NCBI GenBank assembly: GCA_964057225.1
Contig: OZ059900.1
Location: forward strand, 1,178,001 to 1,242,000
DNA: 64,000 nucleotides
Direction: 5' to 3'
Source: Auanema rhodensis
Lineage: Eukaryota; Animalia; Nematoda
The notes under the pieces were generated by a model that saw only the letters and a program-made list of their open reading frames with translations, was not told where the DNA came from and did no database searches. The position numbers and the translations under genes are program-made. Shown in pieces: positions 1 to 13,056 of this stretch (positions are counted from its first letter, which is position 1; each line of letters opens with the position of its first letter).

Positions 1-199
1 AGAAGCATAGTTTTATTGTCTATGACAACAAAAGTCATTAATTAAACACTAATGATGTTTAAATACTGATTTTCGCTCAAATAGCATTACTACACTAAGT
101 ATGGTCGTTTTTATGCCTTTAACACCATATACTCACCGATTTTTGGTACAAAATCTGTAATACTTGTAAATTTTGATCATATTCGTTAAGATTCGAGAA

Positions 200-546
200 T
201 CAAACACATAATACACGAAATAAGTCTATTTTTACAAGTTTGCACTGATATTTATTCATTTTGATCAAAAAAGATCGAAAATAGAAAGAATTTTTGAAAT
301 TTCCGAGTTTTGAGTCCAATTTGGCTAAATCGCTCATATATATGATCAAAGGCATAGTTTTATTGTCTATAACAACAAAAGTCATCAATTAAACGCTAGT
401 GATGTTTAAATACTGAATTTCACTCAAATAGCATTACTACACTAAGTATGGTCGTTTTTATGCCTTTAACACCATATACTCACCGATTTTTGGTACAAAA
501 TCTGTGATACTCGTAAATTTTGATCATATTCGGTGAGATTCGAGAA
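200..546. repeat. Representative 347-bp monomer (arbitrary phase)
   Basis: The next copy starts at 547. About 29% GC, with many A/T tracts and perfect 12-bp palindromes TTTTGATCAAAA (259-270) and TCATATATATGA (334-345). Confidence 0.97.
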
Positions 547-2633
547 TCAAACACACAATACACGAAATCAGTCTATTTTTATGAGCTTGCACTGATATAT
601 ATTCATTTTGATCAAAAAAGGTCGAAAATAGAAAGAATTTTTGAAATTTCCGAGTTTTGAGTCTAATTTGGCTAAATCGCTCATATATATGATCAAAAGC
701 ATAGTTTTACTGTCTATGATAACAAAAGTCTTCAAATATACACTAATAATGTGTAAATCACTGAATTTCACTCAAATAGCTTTACTACACTAAGTATGTT
801 CGTTTTTATGCCTTTAACACCATATACTCACCGATTTTTGGTACAAAATCTGTAATACTCGTAAATTTTGATCATATTCGTTAAGATTTGAGAATCAAAC
901 ATACAATACACAAAATCAGTCTATTTTTATGAGCTTGCACTGATATATATTCATTTTGATCAAAAAAGGTCGAAAATAGAAAGAATTTTTGAAATTTACG
1001 AGTTTTGAGTCCAATTGGGCTAAATCGCTCATATATATGATCAAAAGCATAGTTTTACTGTCTATGATAACAAAAGTCTTCAAATATACACTAATAATGT
1101 GTAAATCACTGAATTTCACTCAAATAGCTTTACTACACTAAGTATGTTCGTTTTTATGCCTTTAACACCATATACTCACCGATTTTTGGTACAAAATCTG
1201 TAATACTCGTAAATTTTGATCATATTCGTTAAGATTTGAGAATCAAACATACAATACACAAAATCAGTCTATTTTTATGAGCTTGCACTGATATATATTC
1301 ATTTTGATCAAAAAAGGTCGAAAATAGAAAGAATTTTTGAAATTTCCGAGTTTTGAGTCTAATTTGGCTAAATCGCTCATATATATGATCAAAAGCATAG
1401 TTTTACTGTCTATGATAACAAAAGTCTTCAAATATACACTAATAATGTGTAAATCACTGAATTTCACTCAAATAGCTTTACTACACTAAGTATGGTCGTT
1501 TTTATGCCTTTAAAACCATATACTCACCGATTTTTGGTACAAAATCTGTAATACTTGTAAATTTTGATCATATTCGTTAAGATTTGAGAATCAAACATAC
1601 AATACACAAAATCAGTCTATTTTTATGAGCTTGCACTGATATATATTCATTTTGATCAAAAAAGGTCGAAAATAGAAAGAATTTTTGAAATTTCCGAGTT
1701 TTGAGTCTAATTTGGCTAAATCGCTCATATATATGATCAAAAGCATAGTTTTACTGTCTATGATAACAAAAGTCTTCAAATATACACTAATAATGTGTAA
1801 ATCACTGAATTTCACTCAAATAGCTTTACTACACTAAGTATGGTCGTTTTTATGCCTTTAAAACCATATACTCACCGATTTTTGGTACAAAATCTGTAAT
1901 ACTTGTAAATTTTGATCATATTCGTTAAGATTTGAGAATCAAACATACAATACACAAAATCAGTCTATTTTTATGAGCTTGCACTGATATATATTCATTT
2001 TGATCAAAAAAGGTCGAAAATAGAAAGAATTTTTGAAATTTCCGAGTTTTGAGTCTAATTTGGCTAAATCGCTCATATATATGATCAAAAGCATAGTTTT
2101 ACTGTCTATGATAACAAAAGTCTTCAAATATACACTAATAATGTGTAAATCACTGAATTTCACTCAAATAGCTTTACTACACTAAGTATGGTCGTTTTTA
2201 TGCCTTTAACACCATATACTCACCGATTTTTGGTACAAAATCTGTAATACTCGTAAATTTTGAACATATTCGTTAAGATTTGAGAATCAAACATACAATA
2301 CACAAAATCAGTCTATTTTTATGAGCTTGCACTGATATATATTCATTTTGATCAAAAAAGGTCGAAAATAGAAAGAATTTTTGAAATTTCCGAGTTTTGA
2401 GTCTAATTTGGCTAAATCGCTCATATATATGATCAGAAGCATAGTTTTATTGTCTATGACAACAAAAGTCATTAATTAAACACTAATGATGTTTAAATAC
2501 TGATTTTCGCTCAAATAGCATTACTACACTAAGTATGGTCGTTTTTATGCCTTTAACACCATATACTCACCGATTTTTGGTACAAAATCTGTAATACTTG
2601 TAAATTTTGATCATATTCGTTAAGATTCGAGAA

Positions 2634-5600
2634 TCAAACACATAATACACGAAATAAGTCTATTTTTACAAGTTTGCACTGATATTTATTCATTTTGATC
2701 AAAAAAGATCGAAAATAGAAAGAATTTTTGAAATTTCCGAGTTTTGAGTCCAATTTGGCTAAATCGCTCATATATATGATCAAAGGCATAGTTTTATTGT
2801 CTATAACAACAAAAGTCATCAATTAAACGCTAGTGATGTTTAAATACTGAATTTCACTCAAATAGCATTACTACACTAAGTATGGTCGTTTTTATGCCTT
2901 TAACACCATATACTCACCGATTTTTGGTACAAAATCTGTGATACTCGTAAATTTTGATCATATTCGGTGAGATTCGAGAATCAAACACACAATACACGAA
3001 ATAAGTTTATTTTTACGAGTTTGCACTGATATTTATTCATTTTGATCAAAAAAGGTCGAAAATTGAAAGAATTTTTGAAATTTCCGAGTTTTGAGTCTAA
3101 TTTGGCTAAATCGCTCATATATATGATCAGAAGCATAGTTTTATTGTCTATGACAAAAAAAATCATCAATTAAACGCTAGTGATGTTTAAATTCTGATTT
3201 TCGCTCAAATAGCATTACTACACTAAGTATGGTCGTTTTTATGCCTTTAACACCATATACTCACCGATTTTTGGTACAAAATCTGTAATACTTGTAAATT
3301 TTGATCATATTCGTTAAGATTCGAGAATCAAACACATAATACACGAAATAAGTCTATTTTTACAAGTTTGCACTGATATTTATTCATTTTGATCAAAAAA
3401 GATCGAAAATAGAAAGAATTTTTGAAATTTCCGAGTTTTGAGTCCAATTTGGCTAAATCGCTCATATATATGATCAAAAGCATAGTTTTATTGTCTATAA
3501 CAACAAAAGTCATCAATTAAACGCTAGTGATGTTTAAATACTGAATTTCACTCAAATAGCATTACTACACTAAGTATGGTCGTTTTTATGCCTTTAACAC
3601 CATATACTCACCGATTTTTGGTACAAAATCTGTGATACTCGTAAATTTTGATCATATTCGGTGAGATTCGAGAATCAAACACACAATACACGAAATAAGT
3701 TTATTTTTACGAGTTTGCACTGATATTTATTCATTTTGATCAAAAAAGGTCGAAAATTGAAAGAATTTTTGAAATTTCCGAGTTTTGAGTCTAATTTGGC
3801 TAAATCGCTCATATATATGATCAGAAGCATAGTTTTATTGTCTATGACAAAAAAAATCATCAATTAAACGCTAGTGATGTTTAAATTCTGATTTTCGCTC
3901 AAATAGCATTACTACACTAAGTATGGTCGTTTTTATGCCTTTAACACCATATACTCACCGATTTTTGGTACAAAATCTGTAATACTTGTAAATTTTGATC
4001 ATATTCGTTAAGATTCGAGAATCAAACACATAATACACGAAATAAGTCTATTTTTACAAGTTTGCACTGATATTTATTCATTTTGATCAAAAAAGATCGA
4101 AAATAGAAAGAATTTTTGAAATTTCCGAGTTTTGAGTCCAATTTGGCTAAATCGCTCATATATATGATCAAAAGCATAGTTTTATTGTCTATAACAACAA
4201 AAGTCATCAATTAAACGCTAGTGATGTTTAAATACTGAATTTCACTCAAATAGCATTACTACACTAAGTATGGTCGTTTTTATGCCTTTAACACCATATA
4301 CTCACCGATTTTTGGTACAAAATCTGTGATACTCGTAAATTTTGATCATATTCGGTGAGATTCGAGAATCAAACACACAATACACGAAATAAGTTTATTT
4401 TTACGAGTTTGCACTGATATTTATTCATTTTGATCAAAAAAGGTCGAAAATAGAAAGAATTTTTGAAATTTCCGAGTTTTGAGTCTAATTTGGCTAAATT
4501 GCTCATATATATGATCAAAAGCATAGTTTTATTGTCTATGACAACAAAAGTCATCAATTAAACGCTAGTGATGTTTAAATACTGAATTTCGCTCAAATAG
4601 CATTACTACACTAAGTATGGTCGTTTTTATGCCTTTAACACCATATACTCACCGATTTTTGGTACAAAATCTGTAATACTCGTAAATTTTGATCATATTC
4701 GTTAAGATTTGAGAATCAAACATACAATACACAAAATCAGTCTATTTTTATGAGCTTGCACTGATATATATTCATTTTGATCAAAAAAGGTCGAAAATAG
4801 AAAGAATTTTTGAAATTTACGAGTTTTGAGTCCAATTGGGCTAAATCGCTCATATATATGATCAAAAGCATAGTTTTACTGTCTATGATAACAAAAGTCT
4901 TCAAATATACACTAATAATGTGTAAATCACTGAATTTCACTCAAATAGCTTTACTACACTAAGTATGTTCGTTTTTATGCCTTTAACACCATATACTCAC
5001 CGATTTTTGGTACAAAATCTGTAATACTCGTAAATTTTGATCATATTCGTTAAGATTTGAGAATCAAACATACAATACACAAAATCAGTCTATTTTTATG
5101 AGCTTGCACTGATATATATTCATTTTGATCAAAAAAGGTCGAAAATAGAAAGAATTTTTGAAATTTACGAGTTTTGAGTCCAATTGGGCTAAATCGCTCA
5201 TATATATGATCAAAAGCATAGTTTTACTGTCTATGATAACAAAAGTCTTCAAATATACACTAATAATGTGTAAATCACTGAATTTCACTCAAATAGCTTT
5301 ACTACACTAAGAATGTTCGTTTTTATGCCTTTAACACCATATACTCACCGATTTTTGGTACAAAATCTGTAATACTCGTAAATTTTGATCATATTCGTTA
5401 AGATTTGAGAATCAAACATACAATACACAAAATCAGTCTATTTTTATGAGCTTGCACTGATATATATTCATTTTGATCAAAAAAGGTCGAAAATAGAAAG
5501 AATTTTTGAAATTTCCGAGTTTTGAGTCTAATTTGGCTAAATCGCTCATATATATGATCAAAAGCATAGTTTTACTGTCTATGATAACAAAAGTCTTCAA

Positions 5601-8600
5601 ATATACACTAATAATGTGTAAATCACTGAATTTCACTCAAATAGCTTTACTACACTAAGTATGGTCGTTTTTATGCCTTTAAAACCATATACTCACCGAT
5701 TTTTGGTACAAAATCTGTAATACTTGTAAATTTTGATCATATTCGTTAAGATTTGAGAATCAAACATACAATACACAAAATCAGTCTATTTTTATGAGCT
5801 TGCACTGATATATATTCATTTTGATCAAAAAAGGTCGAAAATAGAAAGAATTTTTGAAATTTCCGAGTTTTGAGTCTAATTTGGCTAAATCGCTCATATA
5901 TATGATCAAAAGCATAGTTTTACTGTCTATGATAACAAAAGTCTTCAAATATACACTAATAATGTGTAAATCACTGAATTTCACTCAAATAGCTTTACTA
6001 CACTAAGTATGGTCGTTTTTATGCCTTTAAAACCATATACTCACCGATTTTTGGTACAAAATCTGTAATACTTGTAAATTTTGATCATATTCGTTAAGAT
6101 TTGAGAATCAAACATACAATACACAAAATCAGTCTATTTTTATGAGCTTGCACTGATATATATTCATTTTGATCAAAAAAGGTCGAAAATAGAAAGAATT
6201 TTTGAAATTTCCGAGTTTTGAGTCTAATTTGGCTAAATCGCTCATATATATGATCAAAAGCATAGTTTTACTGTCTATGATAACAAAAGTCTTCAAATAT
6301 ACACTAATAATGTGTAAATCACTGAATTTCACTCAAATAGCTTTACTACACTAAGTATGGTCGTTTTTATGCCTTTAAAACCATATACTCACCGATTTTT
6401 GGTACAAAATCTGTAATACTTGTAAATTTTGATCATATTCGTTAAGATTTGAGAATCAAACATACAATACACAAAATCAGTCTATTTTTATGAGCTTGCA
6501 CTGATATATATTCATTTTGATCAAAAAAGGTCGAAAATAGAAAGAATTTTTGAAATTTCCGAGTTTTGAGTCTAATTGGGCTAAATCGCTCATATATATG
6601 ATCAAAAGCATAGTTTTACTGTCTGTGATAACAAAAGTCTTCAAATATACACTAATAATGTGTAAATCACTGAATTTCACTCAAATAGCTTTACTACACT
6701 AAGTATGGTCGTTTTTATGCCTTTAACACCATATACTCACCGATTTTTGGTACAAAATCTGTAATACTCGTAAATTTTGAACATATTCGTTAAGATTTGA
6801 GAATCAAACATACAATACACAAAATCAGTCTATTTTTATGAGCTTGCACTGATATATATTCATTTTGATCAAAAAAGGTCGAAAATAGAAAGAATTTTTG
6901 AAATTTCCGAGTTTTGAGTCTAATTTGGCTAAATCGCTCATATATATGATCAGAAGCATAGTTTTATTGTCTATGACAACAAAAGTCATTAATTAAACAC
7001 TAATGATGTTTAAATACTGATTTTCGCTCAAATAGCATTACTACACTAAGTATGGTCGTTTTTATGCCTTTAACACCATATACTCACCGATTTTTGGTAC
7101 AAAATCTGTAATACTTGTAAATTTTGATCATATTCGTTAAGATTCGAGAATCAAACACATAATACACGAAATAAGTCTATTTTTATGAGTTTGCACTGAT
7201 ATTTATTCATTTTGATCAAAAAAGATCGAAAATAGAAAGAATTTTTGAAATTTCCGAGTTTTGAGTCCAATTTGGCTAAATCGCTCATATATATGATCAA
7301 AGGCATAGTTTTATTGTCTATAACAACAAAAGTCATCAATTAAACACTAATGATGTTTAAATACTGATTTTCGCTCAAATAGCATTACTACACTAAGTAT
7401 GGTCGTTTTTATGCCTTTAACACCATATACTCACCGATTTTTGGTACAAAATCTGTAATACTCGTAAATTTTGAACATATTCGTTAAGATTTGAGAATCA
7501 AACATACAATACACAAAATCAGTCTATTTTTATGAGCTTGCACTGATATTTATTCATTTTGATCAAAAAAGATCGAAAATAGAAAGAATTTTTGAAATTT
7601 CCGAGTTTTGAGTCCAATTTGGCTAAATCGCTCATATATATGATCAAAGGCATAGTTTTATTGTCTATAACAACAAAAGTCATCAATTAAACGCTAGTGA
7701 TGTTTAAATACTGAATTTCACTCAAATAGCATTACTACACTAAGTATGGTCGTTTTTATGCCTTTAACACCATATACTCACCGATTTTTGGTACAAAATC
7801 TGTGATACTCGTAAATTTTGATCATATTCGGTGAGATTCGAGAATCAAACACACAATACACGAAATAAGTTTATTTTTACGAGTTTGCACTGATATTTAT
7901 TCATTTTGATCAAAAAAGGTCGAAAATTGAAAGAATTTTTGAAATTTCCGAGTTTTGAGTCTAATTTGGCTAAATCGCTCATATATATGATCAGAAGCAT
8001 AGTTTTATTGTCTATGACAAAAAAAATCATCAATTAAACGCTAGTGATGTTTAAATTCTGATTTTCGCTCAAATAGCATTACTACACTAAGTATGGTCGT
8101 TTTTATGCCTTTAACACCATATACTCACCGATTTTTGGTACAAAATCTGTAATACTTGTAAATTTTGATCATATTCGTTAAGATTCAAGAATCAAACACA
8201 TAATACACGAAATAAGTCTATTTTTACAAGTTTGCACTGATATTTATTCATTTTGATCAAAAAAGATCGAAAATAGAAAGAATTTTTGAAATTTCCGAGT
8301 TTTGAGTCCAATTTGGCTAAATCGCTCATATATATGATCAAAAGCATAGTTTTATTGTCTATAACAACAAAAGTCATCAATTAAACGCTAGTGATGTTTA
8401 AATACTGAATTTCACTCAAATAGCATTACTACACTAAGTATGGTCGTTTTTATGCCTTTAACACCATATACTCACCGATTTTTGGTACAAAATCTGTGAT
8501 ACTCGTAAATTTTGATCATATTCGGTGAGATTCGAGAATCAAACACACAATACACGAAATAAGTTTATTTTTACGAGTTTGCACTGATATTTATTCATTT

Positions 8601-11600
8601 TGATCAAAAAAGGTCGAAAATAGAAAGAATTTTTGAAATTTCCGAGTTTTGAGTCTAATTTGGCTAAATTGCTCATATATATGATCAAAAGCATAGTTTT
8701 ATTGTCTATGACAACAAAAGTCATCAATTAAACGCTAGTGATGTTTAAATACTGAATTTCGCTCAAATAGCATTACTACACTAAGTATGGTCGTTTTTAT
8801 GCCTTTAACACCATATACTCACCGATTTTTGGTACAAAATCTGTAATACTCGTAAATTTTGATCATATTCGTTAAGATTTGAGAATCAAACATACAATAC
8901 ACAAAATCAGTCTATTTTTATGAGCTTGCACTGATATATATTCATTTTGATCAAAAAAGGTCGAAAATAGAAAGAATTTTTGAAATTTACGAGTTTTGAG
9001 TCCAATTGGGCTAAATCGCTCATATATATGATCAAAAGCATAGTTTTACTGTCTATGATAACAAAAGTCTTCAAATATACACTAATAATGTGTAAATCAC
9101 TGAATTTCACTCAAATAGCTTTACTACACTAAGTATGTTCGTTTTTATGCCTTTAACACCATATACTCACCGATTTTTGGTACAAAATCTGTAATACTCG
9201 TAAATTTTGATCATATTCGTTAAGATTTGAGAATCAAACATACAATACACAAAATCAGTCTATTTTTATGAGCTTGCACTGATATATATTCATTTTGATC
9301 AAAAAAGGTCGAAAATAGAAAGAATTTTTGAAATTTCCGAGTTTTGAGTCTAATTTGGCTAAATCGCTCATATATATGATCAAAAGCATAGTTTTACTGT
9401 CTATGATAACAAAAGTCTTCAAATATACACTAATAATGTGTAAATCACTGAATTTCACTCAAATAGCTTTACTACACTAAGTATGGTCGTTTTTATGCCT
9501 TTAAAACCATATACTCACCGATTTTTGGTACAAAATCTGTAATACTTGTAAATTTTGATCATATTCGTTAAGATTTGAGAATCAAACATACAATACACAA
9601 AATCAGTCTATTTTTATGAGCTTGCACTGATATATATTCATTTTGATCAAAAAAGGTCGAAAATAGAAAGAATTTTTGAAATTTCCGAGTTTTGAGTCTA
9701 ATTGGGCTAAATCGCTCATATATATGATCAAAAGCATAGTTTTACTGTCTGTGATAACAAAAGTCTTCAAATATACACTAATAATGTGTAAATCACTGAA
9801 TTTCACTCAAATAGCATTACTACACTAAGTATGGTCGTTTTTATGCCTTTAACACCATATACTCACCGATTTTTGGTACAAAATCTGTAATACTCGTAAA
9901 TTTTGAACATATTCGTTAAGATTTGAGAATCAAACATACAATACACAAAATCAGTCTATTTTTATGAGCTTGCACTGATATATATTCATTTTGATCAAAA
10001 AAGGTCGAAAATAGAAAGAATTTTTGAAATTTCCGAGTTTTGAGTCTAATTTGGCTAAATCGCTCATATATATGATCAGAAGCATAGTTTTATTGTCTAT
10101 GACAACAAAAAACATTAATTAAACACTAATGATGTTTAAATACTGATTTTCGCTCAAATAGCATTACTACACTAAGTATGGTCGTTTTTATGCCTTTAAC
10201 ACCATATACTCACCGATTTTTGGTACAAAATCTGTAATACTTGTAAATTTTGATCATATTCGTTAAGATTCGAGAATCAAACACATAATACACGAAATAA
10301 GTCTATTTTTACAAGTTTGCACTGATATTTATTCATTTTGATCAAAAAAGATCGAAAATAGAAAGAATTTTTGAAATTTCCGAGTTTTGAGTCCAATTTG
10401 GCTAAATCGCTCATATATATGATCAAAGGCATAGTTTTATTGTCTATAACAACAAAAGTCATCAATTAAACGCTAGTGATGTTTAAATACTGAATTTCAC
10501 TCAAATAGCATTACTACACTAAGTATGGTCGTTTTTATGCCTTTAACACCATATACTCACCGATTTTTGGTACAAAATCTGTGATACTCGTAAATTTTGA
10601 TCATATTCGGTGAGATTCGAGAATCAAACACACATTACACGAAATAAGTTTATTTTTACGAGTTTGCACTGATATTTATTCATTTTGATCAAAAAAGGTC
10701 GAAAATTGAAAGAATTTTTGAAATTTCCGAGTTTTGAGTCTAATTTGGCTAAATCGCTCATATATATGATCAGAAGCATAGTTTTATTGTCTATGACAAA
10801 AAAAATCATCAATTAAACGCTAGTGATGTTTAAATTCTGATTTTCGCTCAAATAGCATTACTACACTAAGTATGGTCGTTTTTATGCCTTTAACACCATA
10901 TACTCACCGATTTTTGGTACAAAATCTGTAATACTTGTAAATTTTGATCATATTCGTTAAGATTCGAGAATCAAACACATAATACACGAAATAAGTCTAT
11001 TTTTACAAGTTTGCACTGATATTTATTCATTTTGATCAAAAAAGATCGAAAATAGAAAGAATTTTTGAAATTTCCGAGTTTTGAGTCCAATTTGGCTAAA
11101 TCGCTCATATATATGATCAAAAGCATAGTTTTATTGTCTATAACAACAAAAGTCATCAATTAAACGCTAGTGATGTTTAAATACTGAATTTCACTCAAAT
11201 AGCATTACTACACTAAGTATGGTCGTTTTTATGCCTTTAACACCATATACTCACCGATTTTTGGTACAAAATCTGTGATACTCGTAAATTTTGATCATAT
11301 TCGGTGAGATTCGAGAATCAAACACACAATACACGAAATAAGTTTATTTTTACGAGTTTGCACTGATATTTATTCATTTTGATCAAAAAAGGTCGAAAAT
11401 AGAAAGAATTTTTGAAATTTCCGAGTTTTGAGTCTAATTTGGCTAAATTGCTCATATATATGATCAAAAGCATAGTTTTATTGTCTATGACAACAAAAGT
11501 CATCAATTAAACGCTAGTGATGTTTAAATACTGAATTTCGCTCAAATAGCATTACTACACTAAGTATGGTCGTTTTTATGCCTTTAACACCATATACTCA

Positions 11601-13056
11601 CCGATTTTTGGTACAAAATCTGTAATACTCGTAAATTTTGATCATATTCGTTAAGATTTGAGAATCAAACATACAATACACAAAATCAGTCTATTTTTAT
11701 GAGCTTGCACTGATATATATTCATTTTGATCAAAAAAGGTCGAAAATAGAAAGAATTTTTGAAATTTACGAGTTTTGAGTCCAATTGGGCTAAATCGCTC
11801 ATATATATGATCAAAAGCATAGTTTTACTGTCTATGATAACAAAAGTCTTCAAATATACACTAATAATGTGTAAATCACTGAATTTCACTCAAATAGCTT
11901 TACTACACTAAGTATGTTCGTTTTTATGCCTTTAACACCATTAACTCACCGATTTTTGGTACAAAATCTGTAATACTCGTAAATTTTGATCATATTCGTT
12001 AAGATTTGAGAATCAAACATACAATACACAAAATCAGTCTATTTTTATGAGCTTGCACTGATATATATTCATTTTGATCAAAAAAGGTCGAAAATAGAAA
12101 GAATTTTTGAAATTTCCGAGTTTTGAGTCTAATTTGGCTAAATCGCTCATATATATGATCAAAAGCATAGTTTTACTGTCTATGATAACAAAAGTCTTCA
12201 AATATACACTAATAATGTGTAAATCACTGAATTTCACTCAAATAGCTTTACTACACTAAGTATGGTCGTTTTTATGCCTTTAAAACCATATACTCACCGA
12301 TTTTTGGTACAAAATCTGTAATACTTGTAAATTTTGATCATATTCGTTAAGATTTGAAAATCAAACATACAATACACAAAATCAGTCTATTTTTATGAGC
12401 TTGCACTGATATATATTCATTTTGATCAAAAAAGGTCGAAAATAGAAAGAATTTTTGAAATTTCCGAGTTTTGAGTCTAATTGGGCTAAATCGCTCATAT
12501 ATATGATCAAAAGCATAGTTTTACTGTCTGTGATAACAAAAGTCTTCAAATATACACTAATAATGTGTAAATCACTGAATTTCACTCAAATAGCTTTACT
12601 ACACTAAGTATGGTCGTTTTTATGCCTTTAACACCATATACTCACCGATTTTTGGTACAAAATCTGTAATACTCGTAAATTTTGAACATATTCGTTAAGA
12701 TTTGAGAATCAAACATACAATACACAAAATCAGTCTATTTTTATGAGCTTGCACTGATATATATTCATTTTGATCAAAAAAGGTCGAAAATAGAAAGAAT
12801 TTTTGAAATTTCCGAGTTTTGAGTCTAATTTGGCTAAATCGCTCATATATATGATCAGAAGCATAGTTTTATTGTCTATGACAACAAAAGTCATTAATTA
12901 AACACTAATGATGTTTAAATCACTAAATTTCGCTCAAATAGCATTACTACACTAAGTATGGTCGTTTTTATGCCTTTAACACCATATACTCACCGATTTT
13001 TGGTACAAAATCTGTGATACTCGTAAATTTTGATCATATTCGGTGAGATTCGAGAA
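2634..13056. repeat. 8-monomer HOR (about 2779-2780 bp) with expanded variants
   Basis: The marker order GGCATAG, AAATTGAAAG, AAGATCG, AAATTGCT, TTTACG+TTGGG+ATGTTCG, TAAAACC, TCTGTGATAA, TTGAACA recurs at 7498-10276 and 10277-13056. The copy at 2634-7150 is a 13-monomer version with internal duplications. A further copy lies at 16877-19656. Confidence 0.85.

Noticed and set aside
164-179. Resemblance of TTGTAAATTTTGATCA to my recollection of the Drosophila 1.688/359-bp satellite
   Set aside because: It is only a short AT-rich similarity recalled from memory. The unit length differs, and the CpG decay pattern fits poorly with Drosophila. No family assignment is made.
181-197. CENP-B-box-like motif ATTCGTTAAGATTCGAG
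   Set aside because: It has TTCG but lacks the correctly spaced A and CGGG of the NTTCGNNNNANNCGGGN consensus.
200-546. Monomer as a dimer of about 174 bp or a tetramer of about 87 bp
   Set aside because: TGATCA-like motifs recur (GATC at 263, 344, 522; GGTC at 450), but spacing is irregular and the flanks do not align by eye. A sensitive self-alignment could still reveal ancient subrepeats.
200-2633. 2434-bp spacing equal to the 7-mer HOR at 33.9-42.6 kb
   Set aside because: The monomer types are different. The equal length simply reflects seven monomers.
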